A stretch of DNA of 64,000 nucleotides from Dehalococcoidia bacterium (GTDB lineage: Bacteria > Chloroflexota > Dehalococcoidia > SM23-28-2 > RBG-16-64-32): assembly GCA_963665775.2 (NCBI GenBank), contig CAXXTF010000002.1, positions 576,001 through 640,000 of the forward strand, written 5' to 3'. Below the pieces are notes generated by a model, which saw only the letters and a list, made by a program, of their open reading frames with translations, had not been told where the DNA came from and did no database searches. Shown here in pieces: positions 38,610-50,116 of the stretch. Made by a program: the position numbers and the translations under genes. Position 1 is the first letter of the stretch; each line of letters begins with the position of its first letter.

Positions 38610-39374
38610 ATGAATGGCCCTCCCCATGAGCGCATCCTCATCAAGCTAAGCGGCGAAGCCCTCCAGGGCGACCAGTCTTACGGCATCAACACCGGCATGC
38701 TCGACACAATTGCCGCGCAACTGAAGAACGTCCAGCAGATGGGCCTTCAGGTCGCCATCGTCGTCGGTGGCGGCAACATCTTCCGCGGCGCCGCGGCCTC
38801 GGACGCCGGCATGGACCGCGCCACCGGCGATTACGCGGGCATGCTCGCCACCATTATCAACGCCCTTGCCCTCCAGGACGCCCTGGAGCGCAACGGCCTC
38901 ACCGTCCGCACCCAGTCCGCCATCGCCGTTACCGCCGTCGCCGAACCCTACATCCGCCGCCGCGCCATCCGTCACCTGGAGAAGGGCCGCGTCGTCATCT
39001 TCGCCGCCGGCACCGGCAACCCCTACATGAGCACCGATACCGCCGCCGCCCTGCGCGCCATCGAGATCGACGCCAAGATCCTTCTCATGGCCAAAAAGAA
39101 CGTCGACGGCGTCTACGAGGCGGACCCCATTACGGAGCCCGCCGCGCGCAAGTTCCATACCCTCTCCTACCTCGATGCCATCAACCGCCGCCTCCAGGTG
39201 ATGGACTCCACCGCCCTCTCCTTGTGCATGGACAACTCCCTCCCCATCATCGTCTTCGACCTCCGGTCCGCCAATAGTATCGAGCGGGCCGCCTCCGGCA
39301 GCCACACCGGCACCACCGTCGGCGACCTACAGACCGTTTTAGAAGAACCCTCTACCCCCAGACCCACCCGCTGA
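38610..39374 (+). CDS. pyrH: UMP kinase
   Basis: 'KLSGEAL', 'GGGNIFRG', '[10 protein letters not shown]'. Confidence 0.98.
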   Translation: MNGPPHERILIKLSGEALQGDQSYGINTGMLDTIAAQLKNVQQMGLQVAIVVGGGNIFRGAAASDAGMDRATGDYAGMLATIINALALQDALERNGLTVRTQSAIAVTAVAEPYIRRRAIRHLEKGRVVIFAAGTGNPYMSTDTAAALRAIEIDAKILLMAKKNVDGVYEADPITEPAARKFHTLSYLDAINRRLQVMDSTALSLCMDNSLPIIVFDLRSANSIERAASGSHTGTTVGDLQTVLEEPSTPRPTR

Positions 39375-39381
39375 GCCAGCC

Positions 39382-39939
39382 ATGGTACAGGAAGCTACTC
39401 AAGACGCCAAGGAGCGAATGCTTAAGTCCATCGATTCCCTCCGCCGCGATCTGGCAGGCCTCCGTACCGGTCGCGCCAGCCCCGGCCTCGTCGAACACCT
39501 CAGGGTAGACTACTACGGCGCTCCCACCCCTCTTAATCAGATCGCCACCATCACCACACCCGAGGCCCGCCTCATCGTTATCCAACCCTGGGACCACTCC
39601 GGCCTCAACGCCATCGAGAAGGCGATCCTCAAGTCAGACCTGGGCCTCAACCCAACCAACGACGGCACCATCATCCGCCTCGCCATCCCACCCCTGACCG
39701 AGGAACGCCGCCGCGATCTCGTCAGACATCTCCACAAGCGCATCGAAGAGTCCCGCGTCGCCGTCCGCAACGTCCGCCGCGACTGTCACGAGCAGATCCG
39801 CCGCCTTGAACGCGACCACGACATATCTCAGGACGACCTCCGCCGCTCCGAGGCCGACCTCCAAAAGCTCACCGACGAGCAGGTCAGGGAGATCGATAAG
39901 CTGGGCGAAGAGAAAGAGGCGGACCTTCTGGCCATCTGA
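39382..39939 (+). CDS. frr: Ribosome recycling factor
   Basis: 'LRTGRASP', 'DLGLNP', 'PPLTEERR'. Confidence 0.98.
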   Translation: MVQEATQDAKERMLKSIDSLRRDLAGLRTGRASPGLVEHLRVDYYGAPTPLNQIATITTPEARLIVIQPWDHSGLNAIEKAILKSDLGLNPTNDGTIIRLAIPPLTEERRRDLVRHLHKRIEESRVAVRNVRRDCHEQIRRLERDHDISQDDLRRSEADLQKLTDEQVREIDKLGEEKEADLLAI

Positions 39940-39981
39940 CTGCCAGCGGCAACTCAACCGCCGCCAAACTGTTCTATACTT

Positions 39982-40821
39982 GTGACAACCATGGCCACCG
40001 CTCTGCGTCCCCACCATCAGCCCTCATCCTCATCCCCCCTACCGCTACCCCATATCCCTGACCACGTCGCCATCATTATGGATGGCAACGGCCGCTGGGC
40101 CCGGGCCAGGGGACGTCCCCGCCTGTCCGGCCATCGCGCCGGCACCGAGAACCTCCGCCGCGTCATAGAACGCTTCGCTGACTATAGCGTCTCCCACCTC
40201 ACCCTCTACGCCTTCTCCACGGAGAACTGGAACCGCCCGAAACGGGAGGTCAGCGGCCTTATGAGCATCCTCTCGCGCTACCTCAAGCGCGAGACCGAAC
40301 GACTCCACCAGAACGGTATCCGCCTCCTCCACATCGGCAATCTGGACGCCCTCGACCCTCGGCTCCAGCACCAGGTCCGCGACGCCACGCAGCTCACCAG
40401 GAATAACCGCCGTATGACCCTCACCATCGCCTTCAACTACGGCGGCCGCGCCGAAATCGTGGACGCCGTTCGCCGCATAGTCAGCAGCGGCATACTCCCG
40501 GAACAGATAGACGAGGCTCTCTTCGCCGCTTACCTTTCCACCGCGTCTCTCCCCGATCCGGACCTCATCATCCGCACTGCCGGTGAGATGCGCATCTCCA
40601 ACTTCCTCCTCTGGCAAGGCGCCTATGCCGAGTTCTGCACCACTCCCGTCTACTGGCCGGACTTCGACATCGACGAGATCGATGAGGCACTCATATCCTA
40701 TAGCCAGCGCAAGCGTCGCTTTGGCGGCCTCCTCCCTGAGGAGGTTGACTACCCGATCCCTCCCCGCAACGGCAAGAACGGCGATCGTACCCAGCTCCGC
40801 CGCAACGGCCGGAAAACTTAA
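39982..40821 (+). CDS. uppS: Undecaprenyl/isoprenyl diphosphate synthase
   Basis: 'IIMDGNGRWA', 'FSTENWNRP', 'RISNFLLWQ'. Confidence 0.97.
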   Translation: MTTMATALRPHHQPSSSSPLPLPHIPDHVAIIMDGNGRWARARGRPRLSGHRAGTENLRRVIERFADYSVSHLTLYAFSTENWNRPKREVSGLMSILSRYLKRETERLHQNGIRLLHIGNLDALDPRLQHQVRDATQLTRNNRRMTLTIAFNYGGRAEIVDAVRRIVSSGILPEQIDEALFAAYLSTASLPDPDLIIRTAGEMRISNFLLWQGAYAEFCTTPVYWPDFDIDEIDEALISYSQRKRRFGGLLPEEVDYPIPPRNGKNGDRTQLRRNGRKT

Positions 40822-40830
40822 CGCCGCCCC

Positions 40831-41679
40831 ATGCTCGCTCAGCGGGTCGCCACCGCCCTTATCGGCGTGCCCGTAATCCTCGGCCTCATCGTTTGGGGTG
40901 GTGTGGTCGCCTACTCCATCGCCGTCGCCATCATCCTGGCCGCCGCCGCCCTAGAGTTCTTCGCCGCCACTGATCCTGCACCACCGCCTCCCGGCAAGCG
41001 CTCCCCTCTCCCATTGGGCCTGGACCGTCTCCTGGAGCAGCGCCTTCCCGCCCTCCTGGGCACCGCCGCCATCGCCCTCCTGGTGGCCGGCGCCCACAAC
41101 GGTGGCGACTGGTGGACCGGCGCACTCGTACTTACGCTCTTCCTCACCTTCCTCATCCTCATCCTCCAGGGCGACACCGAGGCCGGCCTCCGCGATTGGC
41201 TGTGGGTCACGGGGGGAGCGGTTTACGTGGGATTCCTGGGCTCCCACCTCGTCCTCCTCCGACATCTAGATGACGGTCGCCAGTGGGTCGCGATCGTCAT
41301 CTTGGCCACCTGGGCTACAGACACCGCCGCCTACTTCGTCGGCCGCGCCATCGGTCGTATCCACATCACACCCAACATCAGCCCCAATAAGACCCTGGAA
41401 GGCTCCCTGGCCGGCCTCGTCGGCGGCTTCGGCGCCGTCCTCTTCCTCAACTGGCTCACCGGCCTCCAGGCCGACTTCGCCGACATTATCCCCATCGCCC
41501 TCCTCCTCCCCCTTGTCGCGCAGATCGGAGACCTCGCCGAATCACTCCTCAAGCGCAGCGTCGGGGTCAAGGACACGGGAGCGCTTATCCCGGGCCACGG
41601 CGGCTTTCTGGACCGGCTGGATAGCATCCTGTTCACTGCCCCTCTGGTATACTATCTTGTGAGATGGGTCATTCTGTAG
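40831..41679 (+). CDS. cdsA: Phosphatidate cytidylyltransferase
   Basis: 'SPNKTLEG', 'GDLAESLLKR...KDTG..IPGHGGFLDRLDS'. Confidence 0.96.
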   Translation: MLAQRVATALIGVPVILGLIVWGGVVAYSIAVAIILAAAALEFFAATDPAPPPPGKRSPLPLGLDRLLEQRLPALLGTAAIALLVAGAHNGGDWWTGALVLTLFLTFLILILQGDTEAGLRDWLWVTGGAVYVGFLGSHLVLLRHLDDGRQWVAIVILATWATDTAAYFVGRAIGRIHITPNISPNKTLEGSLAGLVGGFGAVLFLNWLTGLQADFADIIPIALLLPLVAQIGDLAESLLKRSVGVKDTGALIPGHGGFLDRLDSILFTAPLVYYLVRWVIL

Positions 41680-42836
41680 CGGGCCGCCCTATCGGCTTGG
41701 CCGTCCTCGGCTCCACAGGCTCCGTCGGACGCCAAACCCTGGACGTAGTTCGCTCCCTGCCCGAAAGATTCAACGTCATCGCCCTGGCCACCGGCCGCAA
41801 CGGCACCCTCCTGGAGGAGCAAGCCCGCCAGTTCCAACCCCGCCTCATCTTCGCCGACCGGGAGGCCGACTACCTCTACCAGTGCATCGCCGGCGGCAAG
41901 CTGACCGCCTCCTGGGCAACCATGGAGGAGATGGCCTCCCATCCGGATGTGGACCTGGTCGTCGTGGCCACCATCGGCGCTACGGGCCTCGGCCCTAGCC
42001 TGGCCGCCCTCCGCGCCGGCAAGGCCCTGGCCATCGCCAACAAAGAGGTGTACGTGATGGCCGGCCATATAATCACCGCCGAGGCCCGCCGCTACGGCGC
42101 CGAGCTCCGCCCCATCGATTCCGAGCACTCCGCCATCTGGCAGTGCCTCTGGGGCGAAGCCCCCGACTCCATCCACCGCATCATCCTCACCGCCTCCGGC
42201 GGCCCCTTCCGCGACACACCCCGAGAGGAGTTGGCCCACATCACCCCCGAGGAGGCTCTCCGTCACCCCACCTGGCAGATGGGCCCGAAGATCACCGTGG
42301 ATAGCGCCACTCTCCTCAACAAGGGGCTGGAGTGCATCGAGGCCCAATGGCTCTTCGATATCCCTCTCGAACAGGTGGATGTAGTAATGCACCGCGAGAG
42401 CATCGTCCACTCCCTCGTCGAATTTAAGGATGGCTCCATCAAGGCGCAACTAGGCGTCCCAGATATGCGTCTACCTATTCAGTGTGCGCTCACTTATCCT
42501 GAGAGGGTGTCAGGCGCGCCTGTACCCAAACTCGATATGAAACGGATAGGTACCCTGAACTTTGGCGATCCCGATATGAAGCAGTTTCCCTGCCTGGCGC
42601 TGGCCCTAGAAGCCGGCCGACGCGGCGGCAGCTACCCCGCCGTCCTAGCTGCCGCGGACGAAGTGGCCGTTCAGCACTTTCTGGCCGGACACCTCCCCTT
42701 CCTGAGCATCCCTTACGCCATTGAAGAGGCCCTCGACGCTCACTCGGGCGTCGCCGACCCTACGCTCGACGATGTCCTGGCCGCCGATGCCTGGGCCCGC
42801 TCTTTCACCCAGGATTGGGTCAGCGCCAAGACCTAG
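41664..42836 (+). CDS. dxr: 1-deoxy-D-xylulose-5-phosphate reductoisomerase
   Basis: 'LGSTGSVG', 'PIDSEHSA', 'HPTWQMGPKITVDSA'. Confidence 0.97.
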   Translation: MGHSVAGRPIGLAVLGSTGSVGRQTLDVVRSLPERFNVIALATGRNGTLLEEQARQFQPRLIFADREADYLYQCIAGGKLTASWATMEEMASHPDVDLVVVATIGATGLGPSLAALRAGKALAIANKEVYVMAGHIITAEARRYGAELRPIDSEHSAIWQCLWGEAPDSIHRIILTASGGPFRDTPREELAHITPEEALRHPTWQMGPKITVDSATLLNKGLECIEAQWLFDIPLEQVDVVMHRESIVHSLVEFKDGSIKAQLGVPDMRLPIQCALTYPERVSGAPVPKLDMKRIGTLNFGDPDMKQFPCLALALEAGRRGGSYPAVLAAADEVAVQHFLAGHLPFLSIPYAIEEALDAHSGVADPTLDDVLAADAWARSFTQDWVSAKT

Positions 42837-42843
42837 AGCCCCT

Positions 42844-43926
42844 ATGACCGTCCTCCAAGCGATCATCCCCTTCGTAGCGATCATCCTCGTCCTCATCGTG
42901 ATCCACGAGCTGGGCCACTACCTCACGGCCAAGCTGTTCGGGGTGAAGGTCCTCGAGGCTGGTATCGGCTACCCGCCGCGAGCCTGGGGCTTCACCCGGC
43001 GTGGCACCATATACTCCATCAACTGGCTCCCTCTGGGCGGCTTCGTACGGCTCCTGGGCGAGGAGGACCCCTCCGATCCCCAGAGCCTCGCGGCTAAACC
43101 CCGCTGGCAGCGCCTCATCGTCCTCGCCTCCGGCTCCGGGATGAACATCCTCCTCCCCATCCTTCTGTTCGCCATCGCCTTCATGATCCCCCGCCAGGTG
43201 GCCGTCGGCCCCGCCTTCATCAACATCGTCGAGCCGGATGCCCCCGCCGCTGTGGCCGGCCTCCAGGCCACTGATGTCATCCTCGAACTCAATGGCGAGA
43301 GCATCAAGAATACCCAGGAGGTCAGCCGCCTGATCCGGCTCAACCTGGGCGAGACCATCACCTTCACCGTCAAGCGCCAGCTCTTCGGTGGCGGCTCCGA
43401 GATCGTCACGATACCGGTTCAGGCTCGCTGGAGCCCACCTTCCGGCCAGGGCCCCACCGGTATCCGCATCGCCAACCTCTACCCGCAGTTCACCGAAACC
43501 GAGAGCTACCCCCCCTGGGAAGCCATCGGCAAGGGCTGGACATCCACCGTGGACTCCCTGACCCTCGCCCGCAACCAGGTCATCGTCTTGTTCAAAGGCG
43601 GCTCCGGACCTGCAGTCGCCGGGCCGGTCGGCATCGCCCAGGCCACCGGTGAAGTCGTCGACCAGGCCGGTTGGCAGGTCCTCCTGGATCTCGCTGCCAT
43701 CCTCTCCATCAACCTGGCCATTATCAATATCCTCCCCCTCCCCATGCTGGACGGTGGCCGGATCGCTTTCGTCCTCCTGGAGATCGCCCGCCGCGGCAAG
43801 CGCATCGCCCCGGAGAAGGAGGCTCTCGTTCACTTCTTCGGCCTGGCCCTCATAATCACGGTGGCGGTCGTCGTTACCTACTTCGACGTGGTCCGGATCT
43901 TTAGCGGCGAGAGCCTGTTCCGGTAG
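42844..43926 (+). CDS. rseP: RIP metalloprotease RseP (M50)
   Basis: 'HELGHY', 'PLGGFV', PDZ, 'NILPLPMLDGG'. Confidence 0.95.
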   Translation: MTVLQAIIPFVAIILVLIVIHELGHYLTAKLFGVKVLEAGIGYPPRAWGFTRRGTIYSINWLPLGGFVRLLGEEDPSDPQSLAAKPRWQRLIVLASGSGMNILLPILLFAIAFMIPRQVAVGPAFINIVEPDAPAAVAGLQATDVILELNGESIKNTQEVSRLIRLNLGETITFTVKRQLFGGGSEIVTIPVQARWSPPSGQGPTGIRIANLYPQFTETESYPPWEAIGKGWTSTVDSLTLARNQVIVLFKGGSGPAVAGPVGIAQATGEVVDQAGWQVLLDLAAILSINLAIINILPLPMLDGGRIAFVLLEIARRGKRIAPEKEALVHFFGLALIITVAVVVTYFDVVRIFSGESLFR

Positions 43927-44060
43927 CGACAGATTGACGCGGCCTATATACTGTTTGTATCGTGTCAAGCGGAAGAAGTCAGGCCAGCGAGCCGTCTCCG
44001 GCGGATGCCCGTACACACAGCTCGGCTAGGCCGAGTACCTGGAAGGGAGCGCTCAGTCCG

Positions 44061-45254
<1,194 letters not shown>

Positions 45255-45401
45255 CCGCCTAGTCGCTTGACAGGCCAGCCTGCGCGGGCATAAGGTGGGC
45301 GCGCCATGGAGGAGCCGGTCATTCAGACGCTCGCTGACCGCATATGTCCATAATCGCCACCTCCTGACCAGTCTTCCTTACCCAACCGTGACCCCACCCT
45401 C

Positions 45402-45722
45402 GTGACCCTAGAAGCGCGCATCGGCTTCATCCTCATCTTCTTTGCTCTATGGTCCGTCATGGGCCTCCTCCCCTGGGCCGTCACCGCCGTCCTCGCCCGT
45501 GGTCGCGGCGCCCTCCTGGCCCTCCCCTTAGCCCTGGCCGGCGCTGCCGCCGCCGGCGTTCTCGTACCCCTCGTCGGCCTCCGCGACGCCTTCGGCTTCT
45601 TCATCAGCCTTCCTGTCGCGCTGGCCGGTGGCGCCCTCGCCTCCACCGCTGGCATCCGCATCGCGCGTCGCCTCTCGGCCGCTCCATCTGCCCCCTTGGC
45701 CGACGACGAACCCACCGATTGA
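45402..45722 (+). CDS. Small membrane protein (about 3 TM)
   Basis: 106-aa hydrophobic ORF with host-like codon usage. Confidence 0.6.
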   Translation: MTLEARIGFILIFFALWSVMGLLPWAVTAVLARGRGALLALPLALAGAAAAGVLVPLVGLRDAFGFFISLPVALAGGALASTAGIRIARRLSAAPSAPLADDEPTD

Positions 45723-45778
45723 CGGCAGACGCCCGATCGTTTGTAGATCGTAAGGGTCGTCGCCTCTACACTCTAACC

Positions 45779-46783
45779 GTGACCCCCCCTTCGGCATCAG
45801 ATCCCGAACACCAACCGCCGATCGTAGCCCTCTCCACCATGTGGTCTCAGGGCCGCTTCCCGCGCCGGGGACCCGAAGGCGACGACATGCTCGCTTTCGC
45901 TCAGACCGCGACCCGCCTCGGCTTCAGTTATGTCGAGATCAGCTACGTCATACCGCCCGACGGTGTCGAGCAACTCATCACCACAGACGAAATCGCGGTC
46001 GCCTCCCTCCATTCCCCGGCCCCTCGCATCAAGACCGCCAACGGCCGTATGTCGGACGCGCTCAACCTGGCCTCGCTCGATCAGAGCGAACGGGCCCTCG
46101 CCGTCCAGCGAGCCCAGGCCACCATCGATCACGCCGCTCGCGCTCGCGCCGGCTACATCGTGGTTCACCTCGGTGGCATCGGCTCAGCCGTCTTCGACGA
46201 GGAGCGGCAGCTCCGCCGGCTCTACGACGAGGGGGTTCACGGCGGCGAGGCGGTGGACGAGCTCCGCCGCCAGGCTCTCGATCGCCGCCGCGAAGGCGCC
46301 AGCCGCCACTTATCCGAGGCCCGCCGCTCCCTGGCCGAGATGGCCGAATACGCTGCCCGCTTCGGCGTCGCCATCGGCCTGGAGAACCGCTACCGCTACC
46401 ACGAGATTCCCAGCATCGACGAGATGCACGAACTCCTTGCCGACTACCCTCCCGATCTTGTCGGCTTCTGGCTCGATGTCGGCCACGCTGAGGTCATGGA
46501 TCGCCTTGGCCTCACCGCCAATCAGCGGTGGCTGAATGAGCTGGCCGGTCGCTGCCTGGGCGCTCACGTCCACGATGTCGATCACCTGACCGATCACCGC
46601 GCCCCCGGCCACGGCACCGCCGACTGGGCACACCTCGCCCGCCGCCTGCCGCCACACGTCCCCCGCATCTTCGAGATCAACCAGCTGACTCCGGAGGACC
46701 AGGTCGCGGCCTCTATACCGTTCCTCAGAGGGCGCGGCGTCCTCCCCTCGTCGCCTCTGACAACGACGGCGACGCATGGATGA
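45779..46783 (+). CDS. Sugar phosphate isomerase/epimerase family TIM-barrel protein
   Basis: 'SLHSP', 'IVVHLG', 'GLENR', 'LDVGH', 'HVHD...DHRAPGHG'. Confidence 0.85.
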   Translation: MTPPSASDPEHQPPIVALSTMWSQGRFPRRGPEGDDMLAFAQTATRLGFSYVEISYVIPPDGVEQLITTDEIAVASLHSPAPRIKTANGRMSDALNLASLDQSERALAVQRAQATIDHAARARAGYIVVHLGGIGSAVFDEERQLRRLYDEGVHGGEAVDELRRQALDRRREGASRHLSEARRSLAEMAEYAARFGVAIGLENRYRYHEIPSIDEMHELLADYPPDLVGFWLDVGHAEVMDRLGLTANQRWLNELAGRCLGAHVHDVDHLTDHRAPGHGTADWAHLARRLPPHVPRIFEINQLTPEDQVAASIPFLRGRGVLPSSPLTTTATHG

Positions 46784-48197
46784 GCTGGCCCTCCTCGATG
46801 CCACCGCCCAGGCCGACCTCGTACGCCGTAAGGAGGTCAAGGCCGTAGAGCTGCTCGACGCCGCCATCGACCGTATCGAGCGCCTCAACCCCACCCTCAA
46901 CGCCGTTGTCACTCCCCTGTACGACCAGGCCCGCGCGGCCGCCTCCGACCCCCTCCCGGACGGCCCCTTCGCCGGTGTCCCTTTCCTCCTCAAGGACCTG
47001 GGCGCGGAATACGCCGGCGCACCCCTCAGAGCGGGCTCCGCCTTCCTCCGCGATTACGTCTCCCCTGACGATTCCGAGCTCGTCAGGCGCTACAAGGGCG
47101 CCGGCCTCATCATCCTCGGTAAAACCAACGCACCGGAACTCGGCCTCGTCCCCACCACCGAGCCTCTCCTCTTCGGTCCCACGCGCAACCCATGGGACAC
47201 CTCCCGCACTCCCGGCGGCTCCAGCGGCGGCTCGGCGGCCGCGGTGGCCTCCGGCATGGTGCCCGCCGCGCACGGCAACGACGGCGGCGGCTCTCTTCGC
47301 ATCCCCGCCTCCTGCTGCGGCCTCTTCGGCCTCAAACCCACCCGCGCCCGTCTCCCCATGAGCCCCGGCAGCGACATCGCGGGCGCCCTTGGCCAGGATC
47401 ACGTCCTCACCCGCTCCGTCCGCGACAGCGCCGCCCTTCTGGACGCCACCGCCGGCCCTGACCTGGGTGCCCCTTACTGGGCGCCGCCGCCCTTCCGGCC
47501 ATTCGCCCAGGAGGTGGGCGCCGACCCCGGCCGCCTGCGCATCGCCTTCACCACCTACACGCTCACCGGCACCTCGCTCCATGCCGATTGCGTAACCGCC
47601 GTCCGCGACGCCGCCGCCCTCTGCGCCGATCTCGGCCACGAGCTCACGGAGGCCGCCCCCAACCTCGATGGCGAACGCCTCACTCGGGCTTTCGACACCG
47701 TATGGGCCGCCGGCTGTGCTCGCACCCTCGACGGCCTTTCGCGGCTGCACGACCGCGAGCTGACCCCGGCCCTGTTTGAGCCGCTCACCTGGGCCCTCTA
47801 CGAGCGGGGCCGGCGGGTCTCCGCCTCCGACTACCTCCTCGCCATCTCCGACCTCCAGCAGGCCTCCCGCGATGTCGCCCACTTCCTCCTGGACTACGAC
47901 CTCTGGCTCACCCCTACGCTGGGCGAGCCCCCACTCCCCCTCGGCGCCCTCGCGCCCGCCCCTGACGACCCGCTCGCCGGCTACTTCCGCGCCTTCGCCT
48001 TCGTCCCCTTCACCCCTCTGGCCAACGCCAGCGGCCAGCCCGCCATCTCCGTACCGCTGTATTGGAACGCCGATGGCCTGCCCGTCGGCGTCCACTTCCT
48101 GGCCCCCTTCGGCGACGAGGCCACCCTCTTCCGCCTGGCCGCCCAGCTAGAAGCGGCCCGCCCCTGGGCCAATCGCCGCCCGCCGCTGAGCGCGTAA
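46776..48197 (+). CDS. Amidase signature family enzyme
   Basis: 'GVPFLLKD', '[12 protein letters not shown]', '[10 protein letters not shown]'. Confidence 0.95.
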   Translation: MDELALLDATAQADLVRRKEVKAVELLDAAIDRIERLNPTLNAVVTPLYDQARAAASDPLPDGPFAGVPFLLKDLGAEYAGAPLRAGSAFLRDYVSPDDSELVRRYKGAGLIILGKTNAPELGLVPTTEPLLFGPTRNPWDTSRTPGGSSGGSAAAVASGMVPAAHGNDGGGSLRIPASCCGLFGLKPTRARLPMSPGSDIAGALGQDHVLTRSVRDSAALLDATAGPDLGAPYWAPPPFRPFAQEVGADPGRLRIAFTTYTLTGTSLHADCVTAVRDAAALCADLGHELTEAAPNLDGERLTRAFDTVWAAGCARTLDGLSRLHDRELTPALFEPLTWALYERGRRVSASDYLLAISDLQQASRDVAHFLLDYDLWLTPTLGEPPLPLGALAPAPDDPLAGYFRAFAFVPFTPLANASGQPAISVPLYWNADGLPVGVHFLAPFGDEATLFRLAAQLEAARPWANRRPPLSA

Positions 48198-48200
48198 GGA

Positions 48201-48226
48201 GGTAGAGGGTCACGTGACCCTCTACC
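48201..48226. repeat. Perfect 26-bp palindrome GGTAGAGGGTCAC-GTGACCCTCTACC (REP-like)
   Basis: Directly visible; intergenic amidase/proS; GTAG...CTAC ends. Confidence 0.7.
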
Positions 48227-48266
48227 CTTGACCCAGCCCTCGCCTCCATCGCACCATAGCCTCGAC

Positions 48267-49979
48267 ATGCGCATGTCCCAGCTATTCGGCAAGACCCTCC
48301 GCCAGACCCCGGCGGAGGCGGACAACCCCTCCCATCAGCTCCTCCTCCGCGCCGGTATGGTCCAGCAGATCGCCGCCGGCGTCTACGCCCTCCTCCCCCT
48401 CGCCTGGCGCGCCCTCCACAAGATCGAGGCCATCATCCGCCAGGAGATGGACGCCGCCGGTGGCCAGGAGCTAATGATGCCCGCCATCCACCCCATGGAG
48501 CTCTGGCAGGCCTCCGGCCGCGACCAGGCCATGAAAGATATCCTCTTCCGCTTCAGCGATAAGCGCGACCGCCAGTTCGTCCTCGGCCCCACCCACGAGG
48601 AGATCATCGTCGAGCTGTTCAAGCGCAACGTCCGCTCCTACCGCGATCTCCCCCTCCTCGTCTACCAGATCCAGCAGAAGTTCCGCGACGAACCCCGCCC
48701 TCGCGGCGGCCTCATCCGCCTTCGCCAGTTCACCATGAAGGACCTCTACTCCTTCGACGTCGACTTCGAGGGCCTCGACGTCTCCTACCGTAAGATGTAC
48801 GACGCCTACGCCCGCATCTTCGACCGCTGCGGCGTTCCCACCATCCCCGCCCTGGCTGACTCCGGCGCCATGGGCGGCCGCGACACCCACGAGTTCATCT
48901 TCCTCACCGACTACGGCGAGGACTCCTGCCTCCTCTGCCCCACCTGCGGCTACGCCGCCAACGCCGAGGTCGCCGCCTTCGTCAAAGAACCCGCCCACAG
49001 CGCCGAGGAGCCCCAGCCGGTACAGGAGATACCCACCCCCGGCCTGTACACCATCCAGGCCCTGGCCGACCATCTGGGCATTCCCAACTCCAGGACCTGC
49101 AAGGCGGTCTTCTACTCCGCTGCCTATCCCGATCGTGAAGAGCCGGTGTTCGTCGCCGTCCGCGGCGACATGGACGTCAACGAGCCTAAGCTTCGCCGCG
49201 CCCTCGGCGCCATAGAAGTCCGCTACCTGAGCCAAAACGAGGCAGTCGCGGCCGGCTTCGTCGCCGGCTCCGCCTCCGCCGTCGGCCTCAAGGGCGTCCG
49301 TATCGTGGCCGACGACCTCCTCCCCCAGGAGCGAAACCTGGTGGCCGGGGCCAACAAGCCCGATGCCCACCTCCTCAACGTCAACTACGGCCGCGACTGG
49401 CAAGCCGACATCGTCGCCGACATCGCCCTCACCCAGGAAGGCCACCTCTGCGCTCAGTGCCGCACCCCGATGACCCTCAGCCGCGGCATCGAGATGGGAC
49501 AGGTCTTCAAGCTCGGCACCTTCTACGCCGAGAAGCTGGGCGCCACCTTCCTCGATCAAGAGGGCAAGCAGCGCCCCGCCGTCATGGGCAGCTACGGCAT
49601 CGGCACCGAACGCCTCCTGGCCACCGTGATCGAGGCCAACCACGACGAGCGGGGCATCGTCTGGCCCCCAGCGCTAGCCCCCTACGACGTCCACCTCGTT
49701 GCCCTCCAGGTCGATCGCTCCCAGGTCCGCCAGCCCGCCGAGGAGCTGTACGAGCGTCTACAGACCTCCGGACTCGCCGTCCTCTACGACGACCGAGACG
49801 AGACGCCCGGCGTTAAGTTCAACGACGCGGACCTCCTGGGCATGCCCCTCCGCGCCATCATCAGCCCCCGCACCCTGGAGAAGGGCGCCCTGGAACTCAA
49901 GCGGCGCCCTCAAACCGAGACGACCTTGGTGCCCCTGGAGCAGGCCGTTGAGGAGGTCAACAGGGCCCTTCAGGGGTAA
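48267..49979 (+). CDS. proS: Proline--tRNA ligase (with editing domain)
   Basis: 'LGPTHEE', 'KFRDEPRPRGGL', 'GSYGIG', 'GVKFNDADLLG'. Confidence 0.98.
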   Translation: MRMSQLFGKTLRQTPAEADNPSHQLLLRAGMVQQIAAGVYALLPLAWRALHKIEAIIRQEMDAAGGQELMMPAIHPMELWQASGRDQAMKDILFRFSDKRDRQFVLGPTHEEIIVELFKRNVRSYRDLPLLVYQIQQKFRDEPRPRGGLIRLRQFTMKDLYSFDVDFEGLDVSYRKMYDAYARIFDRCGVPTIPALADSGAMGGRDTHEFIFLTDYGEDSCLLCPTCGYAANAEVAAFVKEPAHSAEEPQPVQEIPTPGLYTIQALADHLGIPNSRTCKAVFYSAAYPDREEPVFVAVRGDMDVNEPKLRRALGAIEVRYLSQNEAVAAGFVAGSASAVGLKGVRIVADDLLPQERNLVAGANKPDAHLLNVNYGRDWQADIVADIALTQEGHLCAQCRTPMTLSRGIEMGQVFKLGTFYAEKLGATFLDQEGKQRPAVMGSYGIGTERLLATVIEANHDERGIVWPPALAPYDVHLVALQVDRSQVRQPAEELYERLQTSGLAVLYDDRDETPGVKFNDADLLGMPLRAIISPRTLEKGALELKRRPQTETTLVPLEQAVEEVNRALQG

Positions 49980-50051
49980 GCCAGCCCCGGGGCGCAGGTT
50001 GCGACCTCCCGACCGTCATGATATAGTTCAGATACAGTAATATGCCTGTCG

Positions 50052-50079
50052 AAGGAGTGGGGTGGCCCCACTCTTTTTT
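50052..50079 (+). terminator. rimP/nusA-leader-type attenuator hairpin
   Basis: GAGTGGGG-TGG-CCCCACTC followed by T6, about 40 nt upstream of the nusA start. Confidence 0.75.
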
Positions 50080-50116
50080 GGCTCAGGGAGCGGGCGCTCA
50101 GGAGGTCGATGCGGAC

